Origin: an uncultured Chloroflexia bacterium
Lineage (GTDB): Bacteria; Chloroflexota; Limnocylindria; Limnocylindrales; CSP1-4
Direction: 5' to 3'
Length of the DNA stretch: 64,000 bases
NCBI GenBank assembly: GCA_963763075.1
Contig: CAVXNF010000008.1
Coordinates: forward strand, 128,478 to 192,477
A program made the translations under genes and the position numbers. Positions 1 to 11,122 of this stretch are shown here, one piece after another (positions within the stretch are counted from its first letter, which is position 1; the number at the start of each line of letters is the position of its first letter). Under the pieces are notes generated by a model. That model worked only from the letters and a program-made list of their open reading frames with translations, was not told the origin of the DNA and did no database searches.

Positions 1-520
1 GCCTTGAGGAAGCCCGGGATGAAGCCCCAGAAGGCGCCGGTCAGCACGCCGCATCAGCGTCGACGACGAGGATGATCAGGAACATCGGCTGGTCCTTGAG
101 CGCGATCGCGGCGGTCGCCGCGCCGAACGCGCCGAGGATGAACTGGCCCTCGACGCCGATGTTGAACACGCCGCTGCGGAACGAGACCGCGACGGCGAGG
201 CCGGTGAAGATCAGCGGCGTCGCGGCGACGAGCGTCTCGGTGATCGGGCGGATCGGCGGCGGCGATGGCGCGCGGCGTCGGGTCTGCGAGCGCGGCGGCG
301 ATCCGTGCCGGGTCGCCGAGCGCGCCGACCGCCATCGCGCCGTAGGCGTTGACGATCGTGCCCGAGCGCGCCGCCGATGGCGCCGCCCGGGTCCGTGCCC
401 GAGCTTGGAGAGGTTCTCGAAGTCGGTGATGAGGATGAAGATCGAGCCGACGATGAACGCCGTGATGATCGCGAGGATCGGGACGAGCGCGGGCCGGATG
501 GCGTCGGCGACGCGGCTCAA
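1..520 (-). CDS. ABC transporter permease (BMP/nucleoside-sugar type), partial at window edge, frameshifted
   Basis: ORF 41..520(-) gives MSRVADAIRPALVPILAIITAFIVGSIFILI and TPLIFTGLAVAVSFRSGVFNIGVEGQFILGAFGAA, both permease-like. The middle is off-frame. Bases 1-40 continue as GVLTGAFWGFIPGFLKA in another frame past the apparent stop. The TTG start forms a TTGA overlap with the upstream ATPase stop (517-520). Confidence 0.7.
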
Positions 521-2034
521 TGGACGCCTCCCATCAGCATCCCGACCTTCTCGTAGGTCGCCTCGTCGCCCTCGACGATGCCCACGACCTGGCCGCCCTG
601 AACATGACCGCGATGCGGTCGCCGACGGCGAGCACCTCGTCGAGCTCGGTGCTGACGATGAGGATCGCGGCCCCCTGCGTCGCGCTGCTCGACGATCCGC
701 TTGTGGATGTACTCGATCGAGCCGACGTCGAGGCCGCGCGTGGGCTGCGGCGGCGATGACGAGCTTGAGCGGGCGCGAGAACTCGCGGGCGACGATGACC
801 TTCTGCTGGTTGCCGCCCGACAGCGACCCGGCGTAGGTGTCGATCCCGGGCGTCCGGACGTCGAAGTCCTTGACCGCCTGCTCGGCGGCCTCGTCGATCG
901 CCTTGCGGTCGAGCCGGATCCCGCTGGCTGTACGGCTCGCGGTGGTAGGAGTCGAGGATGTAGTTCTCGGCGACGGTCATGTGGCTGATGAGCCCGTCGC
1001 GGTTGCGGTCCTCGGGGATGTGCGCCACGCCCACGTCCGAGATGTGGCGGGGGCTGACGGCCTTGATGCTGTGGCGCATCGAGGTTGATCTCGCCCGAGT
1101 CGACCTGCCGGAGGCCCGACGATGGCCTCGACGAGCTCGGTCTGCCCGTTGCCCTGGACCCCGGCGAGGGCGACGATCTCGCCCGCCCGGACCTCCAGGT
1201 TGACGTCCTGGACCGCCATGTGGCCGCGGTCGTCGCGGACGTGGAGGTTCCTGATGCTGAGGACGACCTCACCCGGGTTGGCGGGCGTCTTGGGGACCCG
1301 CAGCTCGACATCGCGGCCGACCATCAGGTTCGCGAGCTGCTCGCGGGTCGCGGTCTTCGGGTCCGCGGTGCCGGCCACGCGGCCACGCCGCAGGACGGTG
1401 ATCTTGTCCGCGACCTCGAGGACCTCGTTCAGCTTGTGGGTGATGAAGATGACCGTCGTGCCGGCCTCCGCGAGGCCGCGGATGATGCCGAACAGCTCCT
1501 CGGTCTCGAACGGGGTGAGCACGGCCGACGGCTCGTCGAGCACGAGGATGTCGCTCTTGCGGTAGAGCGCCTTGAGGATCTCGACCCGCTGGCGGACGCC
1601 GACCGGGAGGTCCTCGATCTTCGCGTCGGGGTTGACGTTGAGGTTGTACTGCTCGGACAGCTCCACGACCCGCTTGCGGGCGCGTCTTGCGGTCGAAGGT
1701 GCCGAAGAGGCCCCGACACGCTCTCCGCGCCCGAGCGCGACCGCCTCGACGACGTCGAACACCGGGACGAGCTGGAAGTGCTGGTGGACCATCCCGATCC
1801 CGGCCTCGATCGCCTGGCGCGGGTCCGAGAAGGCCCGCGGCGATCCATCGATGAGGATCTCGCCCGAGTCCGGCTTGTACAGGCCGGACAGGATGTTCAT
1901 CAGGGTGGTCTTCCCGGCGCCGTTCTCGCCCAGCAGGCCGAGCACCTCGCCCGCGGTCCGCCGAGATCGAGATCCGGTCGTTGGCGAGGACGCCCGGGAA
2001 GGTGCTTGGTGATGTCCTTGAGCTCGAGGCGCAT
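517..2034 (-). CDS. ABC transporter ATP-binding protein with duplicated ATPase domains (BMP/ribose-type importer), heavily frameshifted
   Basis: Rebuilt from minus-strand fragments. MRLELKDITKH is the tail of ORF 1900..3768. Walker A GENGAGKTT and ILVLDEPSAVL come from 977..2293. The second half (VAHIPEDRNRDGL, QPTRGLDVGSIEYIHKRIV, AAILIVSTELDEVLAVGDRIAVMF, GIVEGDEATYEKVGMLMGG) comes from 534..1079 and 517..1311. About 8 or more frame changes. Confidence 0.85.
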
Positions 2035-2120
2035 GGACTCCTCGACGATCCGGATACACGCGGCCCGCCTCGGGAGACCCGAGGCGGGCCGTCGTTGTGA
2101 GGTCGGTTGGCGGTCGTCGG

Positions 2121-3283
2121 CTACTTGAGGTAGTCGGCGACCTTGACGGTGCCGGCGGCGATGTCCGCCGACAGCTGCTCGACCTCGGCCTTGAGCTCGG
2201 CGGAGACCGCCGAGTCGAGGTCGTGGAACGGCGAGATGCGGACGCCGTCGTTGGCCAGCGTGCCGACGAAGTTCTCGCCGCCCGTGTCGCCACCGGCGTT
2301 CTTCTTGAACGTGTCGAGGACCGCGACGTCGATGACCTTCTCGGCCGAGGTCAGGATCGCGCGGCGCGTACTCGGCCAGGGAGATCGCCTGGTCGGTGTC
2401 GACGCCGATGGCCCACTTGCCGGCCGCGAGCATGGCCTTGATGGTGCCGTTGCCCGTGGCGCCCGCGACCGGGTGGACGATGTCCACGCCCTGGTCGAGG
2501 AACGTCTTGGCCAGCTGCTCGCCCTTGGCGGGGTCACCCCAGGGGTTGTCGCCACCGACGAACGTGCCGGTCTGCGCAGCCGCGTCCCAGCCGAGGAGCG
2601 CGACGGTCGTGCCCTTCTTCTCGTTGTGGATGTTGATGCCGGCGTCGAGGCCGTCCATGAACCGGGTGACACCCGGGAACTGCTGGCCGCCGTAGGTGCC
2701 GATCTTGCCCGACTCTGGCTGAACCCGGCCGCGAGGTAGCCCGGCGAGCGTCGCGGCCTCGTCGATCTGGAAGTCCAGGCCGGTGAAGTTGGCCGGGGTC
2801 GGGCCGTTGGCCGGTCTCGTCCCAGACCGCGTCGACCTGGGCGAAGGCGATGTCGGGTTGGCCTTGACGGCCTCGATCGTCGCCTGCGCCTGGTTGAAGC
2901 CGACCGTGACGATCGACTGGCAGCCCTCGTCGATGAGGCGCTGGATGTTGGCCGCGTAGTCGGTGGCGCCCTGCGCCTCGCTGAAGGCGGTCTGGTAGCC
3001 GAGCGCCTCGGCGTCCTCGAGGCCCTTCTTGGCGAGGTCGTTGAAGCCCTTGTCGCCAAGGCCGCCGGTGTCGAATGCCACGCAGGCCTTGTAGCCGCTG
3101 TAGTCGACCGCCGCCTCGGACGGCGACCGGCCGCCGCGGACTCGCTGGCGGGAGCCTCGCTCGCAGGCGCCTCGCTGGCGGGAGCCCGCTGGCCGGGGCG
3201 GTGGTTGCCCCCGAACCGCCACAGGCGGCGATGAGAATGGCCGAAGCCGCGCCGAGCGCGACCAGCCGCTTAGAGACGTGCAA
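2121..3283 (-). CDS. BMP-family (PnrA-like) ABC substrate-binding lipoprotein, frameshifted
   Basis: TTG start 6 nt after GGAGGAG. Lipoprotein signal MHVSKRLVALGAASAILIAAC (ORF 2534..3283). PASEA-repeat linker. Core DYSGYKACVAFDTGGLGDKGFNDLA...GVDIVHPVAGATGNG in the frame of 1900..3768. C-terminus TFKKNAGGDTGGENFVGTLANDGVRISPFHDL...VADYLK (ORF 2121..3059). Confidence 0.85.
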
Positions 3284-3467
3284 CGTGAACTCCTCCTAAG
3301 GTCCCGGGCACCCCTCGGCATGGGCCGGGCACGCCGTAGAGTACGGCACAACGCAAGGAAACGCCGCATCGTTTCGAGGGCTCGGACGGCCTCGGAACGG
3401 CCGCTGCGCACGCTGCCGGTGGACGGTGGGTGCACGACCTGTGGACAACCCGGAGGACGACGCTCGG

Positions 3468-3968
3468 ATGACGGCTGGACGCGAGGACCGGGACTGGCTG
3501 GCGACGCTGATCGCGGTCCAGGAGGGGCGCTTCCCGATCCCGCTCGCTCGACGACGCCGGGATCCGCGACCTGCTGCGCTCGAGCCCGCGGATCGCGATG
3601 GTCGGCGCGTCGTCCAATCCGGGCCGGCCGTCGCACGGCGTGCTGCCGTCGCTGCGGCGGGCGGGCTACGACGTCGTGGCGGTCAACCCGCGCGAGACGG
3701 AGGTCGAGGGGCTGCCCTGCTACCCCACGGTTGCCGGAGGCCGTGGCGGCGACCGGCCCGGTCGACATCGTCGACGTCTTCCGGCGTCCGGACCTGTGTG
3801 CCGACGCACGCGCGCGAGGCGGTCGCGGTCGGGGCGCGCTGCCTGTGGCTCCAGCTCGGGATCGCGAACGCGGAGGCGGCCCGGATCGCCCACGACGGCG
3901 GGCTGGCCGTGGTCATGGACCGCTGCACGATCATCGAGCACCGGCGGCTCGCGGCCGGCCCGGCCTGA
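3468..3968 (+). CDS. CoA-binding domain protein (YccU-like), frameshifted; start uncertain
   Basis: IAMVGASSNPGRPSHGVLPSLRRAGYDVVAVNPRETEVEGLPCYP (ORF 3598..4011), VDIVDVFRRP (frame of 3278..4957) and ARCLWLQLGIANAEAARIAHDGGLAVVMDRCTIIEH (ORF 3426..3968). Confidence 0.6.
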   Translation: MTAGREDRDWLATLIAVQEGRFPIPLARRRRDPRPAALEPADRDGRRVVQSGPAVARRAAVAAAGGLRRRGGQPARDGGRGAALLPHGCRRPWRRPARSTSSTSSGVRTCVPTHAREAVAVGARCLWLQLGIANAEAARIAHDGGLAVVMDRCTIIEHRRLAAGPA

Positions 3969-4034
3969 GCTCGCCGCCCGCAGGCGATCCCCACGCCACA
4001 TACTGGCCTGAGCCCACCTCGACCGAGGAGACCG

Positions 4035-4824
4035 ATGCCGATCCACATCACGCCGAGCCCGGCGACTACGCGCCGGTCGTCCTCCTGCCCGGCGACCCGA
4101 ACCGCGCGACCCGGATCGCGGCCCGGTTCGACGGCGGCCTCGAGGCGTCGCCGGCTCGTGAGCGAGCACCGCGGCCTGCTCGGCTACACCGGGCACGGTC
4201 GAACGGCGTCCCGGTCTCGGTCCAGACGACGATGATGGGCACGCCGACGACGACGATCGTCATGGAGGAGCTGCTCATGCTCGGCGTGACGACGTTCATC
4301 CGCGTCGGCACGACGCGGCGGCTTCGGGACGCTCGGCATCGGCGACGCGGTCGTCGCCCTGCGGCGGCCTCGCTGTACGCGGGATCGGCACGATCCTCGG
4401 CGGCGGCGAGCCGACCGCGCCGACGGCCGACTTCGAGGTCGTCCAGGCGCTCGTCGAGGCGGCCGCGCGCGAGGGCCTCGACGACCCACGTCGGCCCGGT
4501 CGTCACGTCGGACGTGTTCTACGACCCGCACCCGGACGGCGTCGCCCGCTGGGGCCGGCGGGGCTACCTCGTCGGCCGAGATGGAGACCGCGGCGGTGTT
4601 CCTGCTCGCGATGCGCGAGCGCGCGAAGGGCCGGCCGGTCCGGGCGGGCTCGATCCTCACCGTGTCCGACGTCATCGTCGACCCGGACAGCGTCGAGCAG
4701 CAGGTGACCGCCATCGGCGACGAGGCGTGGTTCCGCCCGCCCGAGGACGAGGTCGACCCGGCGCGTCGACCTCACGATCGGCGCCGCGCTGCAGGCCGCG
4801 GCCGCGCTGGGCCGCGCCGGCTGA
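4035..4824 (+). CDS. PNP/UDP family-1 nucleoside phosphorylase (DeoD/Udp-like), frameshifted
   Basis: Spread over three plus frames: MPIHITPSP, GDYAPVVLLPGDPNRATRIAARFDGGLE, SEHRGLLGYTG, NGVPVSVQTTMMGTPTTTIVMEELLMLGVTTFIRVGT, HVGPVVTSDVFYDP, METAAVFLLA..GSILTVSDV. Stop TGA at 4822-4824. Confidence 0.75.
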
Positions 4825-4852
4825 GCCCGCGGCGCGGCCGAGCCGCCGCTCC

Positions 4853-6025
4853 CTACCCGACGAACGACAGCCCGAGCTCGAAGTCCTCGAGCAGGTCCTC
4901 GACGTCCTCGCAGCCGACGACACGCGGACGATCCCGCCGTCCTTCGGGCGCGGGTAGACGAGCGTGTACACGTCGCCCAGGCTCACGCCGATGTCGCACA
5001 GGCGCGAGGTGGTCGGTGAACGCGGCCATCCCCTCGACGCCGCCGCGCGGCTTGAACGTGACCATCGCGCCGACCGGTCTCCGCCGAGCAGGCGCGTCGC
5101 GACGGCCGTGGTCCGGGTGCGACGCGAGGCCCGGGTAGCGGACCCACTCGACCTTGCTCGTCGGCCTCGAGGAAGCGCGGCGATGGCGGGCGGCGTTCGC
5201 GGACGCCGTCGCGCGAGCGCAGCGGCAGCGTCCGGACGCCGCGCAGGACGAGGAAGCGACGAGAACGGGCTGGCCGCCTGGCCGAAGCGTGTCGGTCTGC
5301 TTGCGGATCGGGTCGAGCAGGCGCCTTCGGGCCCGAGACCACGCCCGAGACGGCGTCGCCGTGCCCGGACAGGTACTTCGTCGCGGCGTGGAGGACGAGG
5401 TCGGCGCCGTGCTCGATCGGCCGCAGGAGGGCCGGGCCGAGGAACGTGTTGTCGGCGACGACGATGAGCCCGTGCCGGTGGCCGATGGCGGCGAGCGCGG
5501 CGATGTCCGGCATCCGCAGCCGCGGGTTCGTCGACGTCTCGAAGAACAGCGATCTTCGTGCGGTCCGTGATCGCCGCCTCGACCGCCGCCGAGGTCGGTC
5601 ATGTCGACCGGCGTCACGTCGATGCCCGCGCCGCGGGAGGTCCTCCTCCAGCAGCACCTTGGTGATGACGAACAGCTCGTCGCCCGACCACGAGGTGGTC
5701 GCCCTGGTCGAGGTGCGCGAACAGCGTCGCCGCCACGGACGCCATCCCCGACGCCGAGACGACGCAGTCCTCCGCGCCCTCGAGCGACGCGATCTTCTCC
5801 TCGAGCGCGCGGTTCGTCGGGTTGCCCGTCCGCGAGTAGAAGTACGAGGTGGGATCCCACTCGAGCGCGCGCGTCGACGGCCGCCTCCTTGTCCGCCGCC
5901 GTGTCGAACGCGAACGTCGCCGTCGCATAGATCGGCGTCGCGTGCGCGTGCGTGGTCGGGTCGGGCCGCTCGCCCGCGTGGATCGCGCGCGTCGCGAACC
6001 CCTCTCCGTGCGTCCGTTCGCGCAT
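4853..6025 (-). CDS. Cys/Met-metabolism PLP-dependent enzyme (cystathionine gamma-synthase/lyase, methionine gamma-lyase family), frameshifted
   Basis: MRERTHGEGFATRAIHAGE..ATPIYATATFAF; SRTGNPTNRALEEKIASLEGAEDCVVSASGMASV; FFETSTNPRLRMPDIAALAAIGHRHGLIVVADNTFLGPALLRPIEHGADLVLHAATKYLSGHGD (PLP-lysine region); SLGDVYTLVYPRP; VGCEDVEDLLEDFELGL. At least 5 frame changes among ORFs 4853..6385, 5614..6450, 4983..5657 and 4672..4986. Confidence 0.85.
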   Translation of the reverse strand: MRERTHGEGFATRAIHAGERPDPTTHAHATPIYATATFAFDTAADKEAAVDARARVGSHLVLLLADGQPDEPRARGEDRVARGRGGLRRLGVGDGVRGGDAVRAPRPGRPPRGRATSCSSSPRCCWRRTSRGAGIDVTPVDMTDLGGGRGGDHGPHEDRCSSRRRRTRGCGCRTSPRSPPSATGTGSSSSPTTRSSARPSCGRSSTAPTSSSTPRRSTCPGTATPSRAWSRARRRLLDPIRKQTDTLRPGGQPVLVASSSCAASGRCRCARATASANAARHRRASSRPTSKVEWVRYPGLASHPDHGRRDAPARRRPVGAMVTFKPRGGVEGMAAFTDHLAPVRHRREPGRRVHARLPAPEGRRDRPRVVGCEDVEDLLEDFELGLSFVG

Positions 6026-6096
6026 GCGCAACCTCTCGTTCGTGGCGGTGGTGTCCCCGCCGCCCAGTCTAGGTCCGGCCGCCGTACGCTTGCGGC

Positions 6097-6859
6097 ATGG
6101 ACGGGACCAGCTGGTGGCAGACGCTCGATGCCGCGGCTCGCGGCCGACCTCGAACAGGTCTGGATCCCCATCGGGCTGCCCGGGCTTCCAGGGCGACACG
6201 AAGGCCCGCCGGCAGGCGGTGCTCGACGAGCGGTTCGGCGCCGACGGCTGGCGGATCGGCCACGTCGTCCGGGGGCGCGTCGTGCCGCCGGCGGTCGCGA
6301 TCCTCGAGTACGAGGCAGGCCTACCGGCGTCTTCCTGCGCGACCGCCCGGCGCTCGTCCGGTTCCTCGTCGACGACCTGCGGCAACGTCTACGACGACAA
6401 GCCGTCGAACGTGTTCGATGCCGACTACGAGCAGCCGGACACGACCTCAACCACTACCAGGACATCTCGGTCCGGCGGGTCGTGGCCGAGCTCGTCGACG
6501 ACCCCGGGTGGCCGGACGTCCTGCCGACGCCGCACGAGACGGTCGACCTCGTCGACGCGGGAACCGGCCTCGTCCACCGGGTGCCACGCGCGTCAGGGTT
6601 CCGCGGATCCCGCCTGCTCCAGATCCGCGACCCGCTGTCGCCCGGCTACGTGCTCAACCCGGCGGTCGTGCCCGTCCACGACCCGGCGCTGATCACGACC
6701 CTCCCGTCGCGCGACGAGTGGTACCACGTCGAGGGCTGCGGCCACCTCTCGGTCGAGGCGTTCTGGCAGATGAGCAAGGTCATCGAGGCACGCTACGACC
6801 GCTGGCTCGCGCTGGGCGACGGACGCTCGGCGCCGCTCGAGGGCGTCAGCGCCCCGTGA
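6097..6859 (+). CDS. Hypothetical protein, no family recognised, frameshifted
   Basis: Protein-like segments across three plus frames: MDGTSWWQTLDAAA, FQGDTKARRQAVLDERFGADGWRIGHVVRGRVVPPAVAILEYEAG, CGNVYDDKPSNVFDADYEQPD, NHYQDISVRRVVAELVDDPGWPDVL...DEWYHVEGCGHLSVEAFWQMSKVIEARYDRWL. The stop overlaps the next gene start (GTGA at 6856-6859). Confidence 0.45.
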
Positions 6860-7767
6860 GCCCCGCCGGGGACGGGCTCGCGCTCCTCGGCCCGCTGTCG
6901 CTCGACATCTACGTCGGGCGGGACCTCGTGCTGCCGGGCGGCGGCGCGCTCAACATGGCCTGGCACTGGCGGCGCGACGGCGACGTGCCGTTCGAGCTGC
7001 TCACGCGCGTCGGGCGACGACCGGCCCGAGGTGTTCCGCGACGTTCCTCGCCCGCCACGCGATCCCGCACACGCCGGAGCTCGTCGCGCCGGGGCCGTCG
7101 TCGTCGATCGACATCGTCATCCAGCCCGACCTCCAGCCGTACATGGACCACTTCGTCGAGGGCGTGTGGGCGGACTACGCGATGTCGCCGGCCGAGCTGG
7201 AGCGCGTGCGCGCGGCCGGACGCCTGCACCTCGTCCTCGTCGAAGGGGCGATCCGCGGAGCTCGAGCGTCGCGCGGCCGACGGGTCGCTCGACGGCGTCG
7301 AGGTCAGCGCCGACTTCCTCGGCTTCCGCCACTACACGGCGGAGCGGTTCGCCGCCACGATGCGCGCCGTCGACGTGGGGTTCGTCGGCTGGCCGGGTGC
7401 GCCGGACGACGCCGGCGTTCGGGCGCTGCGCGACGTCGCGCACGACCTCCGGCGGCTCGTCGTCGTGACGTTCGGCGACCAGGGCGTGTGGGCGTTCGAC
7501 GGGCGGACCGGGGAGGACGCGTTCGTGCCGGTCGTCGCCGTGCCGGTGGCCGGGCACGACCGTCGGCTGCGGCGATGCGTTCGTCGCCGGGTTCCTGCGG
7601 GCGTGGCGCGAGCAGCCCGATGTGCAGCGCGCGATCGAGGCCGGCGCGGTCCGAGGCGCCGAGGCGACCGCGTGGCGCCGCCCGCTCCCCGACGACGCCT
7701 ACGGCGACGAGGCGCGCGACGCCCTCGCCCGGGCCGACGCGGCGGCCAGCGGCGCTGTCAGCCGATG
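6856..7767 (+). CDS. PfkB-family carbohydrate/nucleoside kinase-like protein, frameshifted
   Basis: VSPAGDGLALLGPLSLDIYVGRDLVLPGGGALNMAWHW, MDHFVEGVWADYAMSPAELERVRAAGRLHLVLVEG, VVVTFGDQGVWAFDG. The C-terminal PfkB signature TTVGCGDAFVAGFLRAW was read by hand in the frame ending at TGA 7765-7767. Confidence 0.6.
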
Positions 7768-8030
7768 ACGAACGACACGATGACGAGGACCACGCCCGCG
7801 ATCGCGATCCCGGCCCCGATCTGGGCCTGACGGCGGAGCACCTGCATCGCGACCGAGGCGCCGGTCGTGGAGTCGCTGCGCGCGCCGCCGCGCCACGCCT
7901 CGTAGCGCGCGATGTTCGCGTCCTGGTCCTTGAGCGCCATGTAGCGCTGGTACGGCGCCCGGGCCCGGACGGTGCCCACGATGATCAGCGCCACGCCGGC
8001 GATGAGCAGCCCCAGGTTCAGCAGTCCCAC
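7758..8030 (-). CDS. Small two-TM membrane protein (90 aa), intact
   Basis: MGLLNLGLLIAGVALIIVGTV...IGAGIAIAGVVLVIVSFVIG: hydrophobic helices at both ends with a polar loop between. The GTG start lies 1 nt after the gatB stop. Confidence 0.55.
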   Translation of the reverse strand: MGLLNLGLLIAGVALIIVGTVRARAPYQRYMALKDQDANIARYEAWRGGARSDSTTGASVAMQVLRRQAQIGAGIAIAGVVLVIVSFVIG

Positions 8031-8031
8031 T

Positions 8032-9526
<1,495 letters not shown>

Positions 9527-9530
<4 letters not shown>

Positions 9531-9809
9531 GCGTCCATCGCGACGCCGACCGTCGCGAGGTACATCCCGTACAGGGCGATCGACAGCCACGCGACGGCGA
9601 GCGACGACCTGCCGGGCGGCGAGGCGCACGCGGGTCCGCTCGTGGAGCGGCCGGCTGGCATCGATGAGGGTCCGGGTCGGCTCGCCGTCGCGGACCAGCG
9701 GCAGCATCGCCGCCCGTGCCGCGACGTAGCCGCGCCACGTCCCGTAGACGGTCGCGAACAGGCCGGAGACGAGCAGCACGGCGCCGAGCATCGGCCGCAA
9801 GTGTCGCAT
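9527..9809 (-). CDS. Small two-TM membrane protein (~93 aa), one frameshift
   Basis: [39 protein letters not shown]... (frame of 8106..9932) continues as ...[23 protein letters not shown] (ORF 9527..9907). Its stop overlaps the gatB ATG (ATGA at 9527-9530). Confidence 0.4.
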
Positions 9810-9910
9810 ACCGGCCTCGATCGGCGGGCACCCGCGAACCGTTGCGGAGACACCGTCCGACGACAACCGCCGTCGCATCCCGATCCCGTCCCCGATCCGC
9901 CACTCACGTT

Positions 9911-9925
9911 CGTGAGAGCGCTCTC
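9911..9925. promoter_or_regulatory. LacI-family operator candidate 1 (CGTGAGAGCGCTCTC; near-palindrome TGAGAGCGCTCTCt)
   Basis: 15-mer identical to 9956-9970. GAGAGC/GCTCTC inverted repeat centred on CG. Overlapped on its left by a second small inverted repeat CTCACG-TT-CGTGAG. A TTGACA hexamer follows directly (9926-9931). Confidence 0.6.
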
Positions 9926-9955
9926 TTGACACGGCGTGGTACGGTCCCCGCTGAG

Positions 9956-9972
9956 CGTGAGAGCGCTCTCAC
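9956..9972. promoter_or_regulatory. LacI-family operator candidate 2 (perfect 16-bp palindrome GTGAGAGCGCTCTCAC)
   Basis: GTGAGAGCGCTCTCAC (9957-9972) equals its own reverse complement. It sits directly before the AGGAGGG RBS and the GTG start (9984) of the LacI-family gene. Confidence 0.65.
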
Positions 9973-9983
9973 AGGAGGGTTGC

Positions 9984-11036
9984 GTGAGCGGAACCGACGG
10001 TCACGACCGGAGCCAGGGTGGCGCGACCCTCGAGGCGGTCGCGCGCGTGGCCGGCGTGTCCCGTGCGACGGTCTCGCGGGTCGTCAACGAGTCCCCCCGC
10101 GTGAGCCCGGACGTCCGCGCCGCCGTCGAGACCGCGATCCGCCAGCTGGGCTACACGCCGAACCGCGCGGCGCGGTCCCTGGTGACCCGTCGCAGCGACT
10201 CGATCGCCGTCGTCATCACCGAGCCGACCGGCCGCCTGTTCTCGGATCCGTTCTTCCCGCGCCTCGTGCGTGGCGTCGCGGGAGAGCTCGCGGCGCGCGA
10301 GCTCCAGCTCGTGCTCCTGATGCCCGAGCCCAGCGACGAGCTGCGCACCGCGCGCTACCTCACCGGCGGCCACGTCGACGGCGCGCTCCTCGTCAGCCTC
10401 CACGGCGACGACCCGATCCCCGAGGCCCTCGCGGCGAGCGACGTCCCGGTCGTGTTCGTCGGGCGGCCGCCCCAGGGCGCCGACGTGAGCTACGTCGATG
10501 TCGACAACCGCCACGGCGGGCGGCGCGCGACGACCCATCTCCTCGAGCAGGGCGCACGACGCGTGGCCACGATTGCCGGACCCGAGGACATGGCCGCGGG
10601 CGTCGACCGGTTCGAGGGCTGGCGCGACGCGATCCGCGCCAACGGCGACGACGTCGACCCGGCGCTCGTCGTGCGCGGCGACTTCACGTACGAGGGCGGC
10701 GCCGCGGCGATGGAGCGTCTGCTCGAGTCCGCGCCCGACCTCGACGGCCTGTTCGTCGCCTCCGACCTCATGGCCGCCGGCGCGCTCGGCGTCCTCGCCA
10801 CCCGCGGCCGCCGCGTCCCCGAGGACGTGCTGGTTGCCGCCTTCGACGACTCCCCCATCGCCGCGGCCACGCGGCCCGCCCTCACCAGCGTCCGGCAGCC
10901 CATCGAGGAGCTGGGACGCGAGGGCATTCACCTGCTGCTCGACACGATCGAGCGGACCGGCCGACCCCCGCGCCGCGTCGTCCTTGCCACCGAGCTGGTG
11001 ACGCGCGCCTCGAGCACGGGGAGGGGGCGCGGCTGA
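9984..11036 (+). CDS. LacI-family transcriptional regulator, intact
   Basis: ORF 9936..11036. HTH ATLEAVARVAGVSRATVSRVVNESPRVSPDVRAAVETAIRQLGYTPNRAARSL followed by a periplasmic-binding-protein-like sugar-binding fold. Start moved to the in-frame GTG 9984, which follows AGGAGGG by 4 nt. Confidence 0.9.
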   Translation: MSGTDGHDRSQGGATLEAVARVAGVSRATVSRVVNESPRVSPDVRAAVETAIRQLGYTPNRAARSLVTRRSDSIAVVITEPTGRLFSDPFFPRLVRGVAGELAARELQLVLLMPEPSDELRTARYLTGGHVDGALLVSLHGDDPIPEALAASDVPVVFVGRPPQGADVSYVDVDNRHGGRRATTHLLEQGARRVATIAGPEDMAAGVDRFEGWRDAIRANGDDVDPALVVRGDFTYEGGAAAMERLLESAPDLDGLFVASDLMAAGALGVLATRGRRVPEDVLVAAFDDSPIAAATRPALTSVRQPIEELGREGIHLLLDTIERTGRPPRRVVLATELVTRASSTGRGRG

Positions 11037-11122
11037 GAGCACCAGGACGGCGACGGGGCGCGCCTGCACGCCCGCAATCGAGGATGACATCGCGCGATTC
11101 CCAGGCACACGGAGGAGGAACC

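Noticed and set aside
9926-9955. TTGACA hexamer next to operator 1 as the -35 of the LacI operon promoter
   Set aside because: I found no acceptable -10 (TANNNT) at 16-19 nt spacing. TACGGT is only 8 nt away. Left unannotated.
11031-11047. TGAGAGC half-site at the LacI stop codon (ggcTGAGAGCaccagga)
   Set aside because: Only the left half matches the operator and the right half is unrelated. It is probably a chance match created by the stop codon context.
9716-11122. N-terminal ~470 aa of the 827-aa ORF 9716..12199
   Set aside because: It is an Arg-rich translation overlapping the well-supported LacI gene in another frame. The real SBP gene starts at ATG 11123, behind a GGAGGAGG RBS, with a lipoprotein signal.
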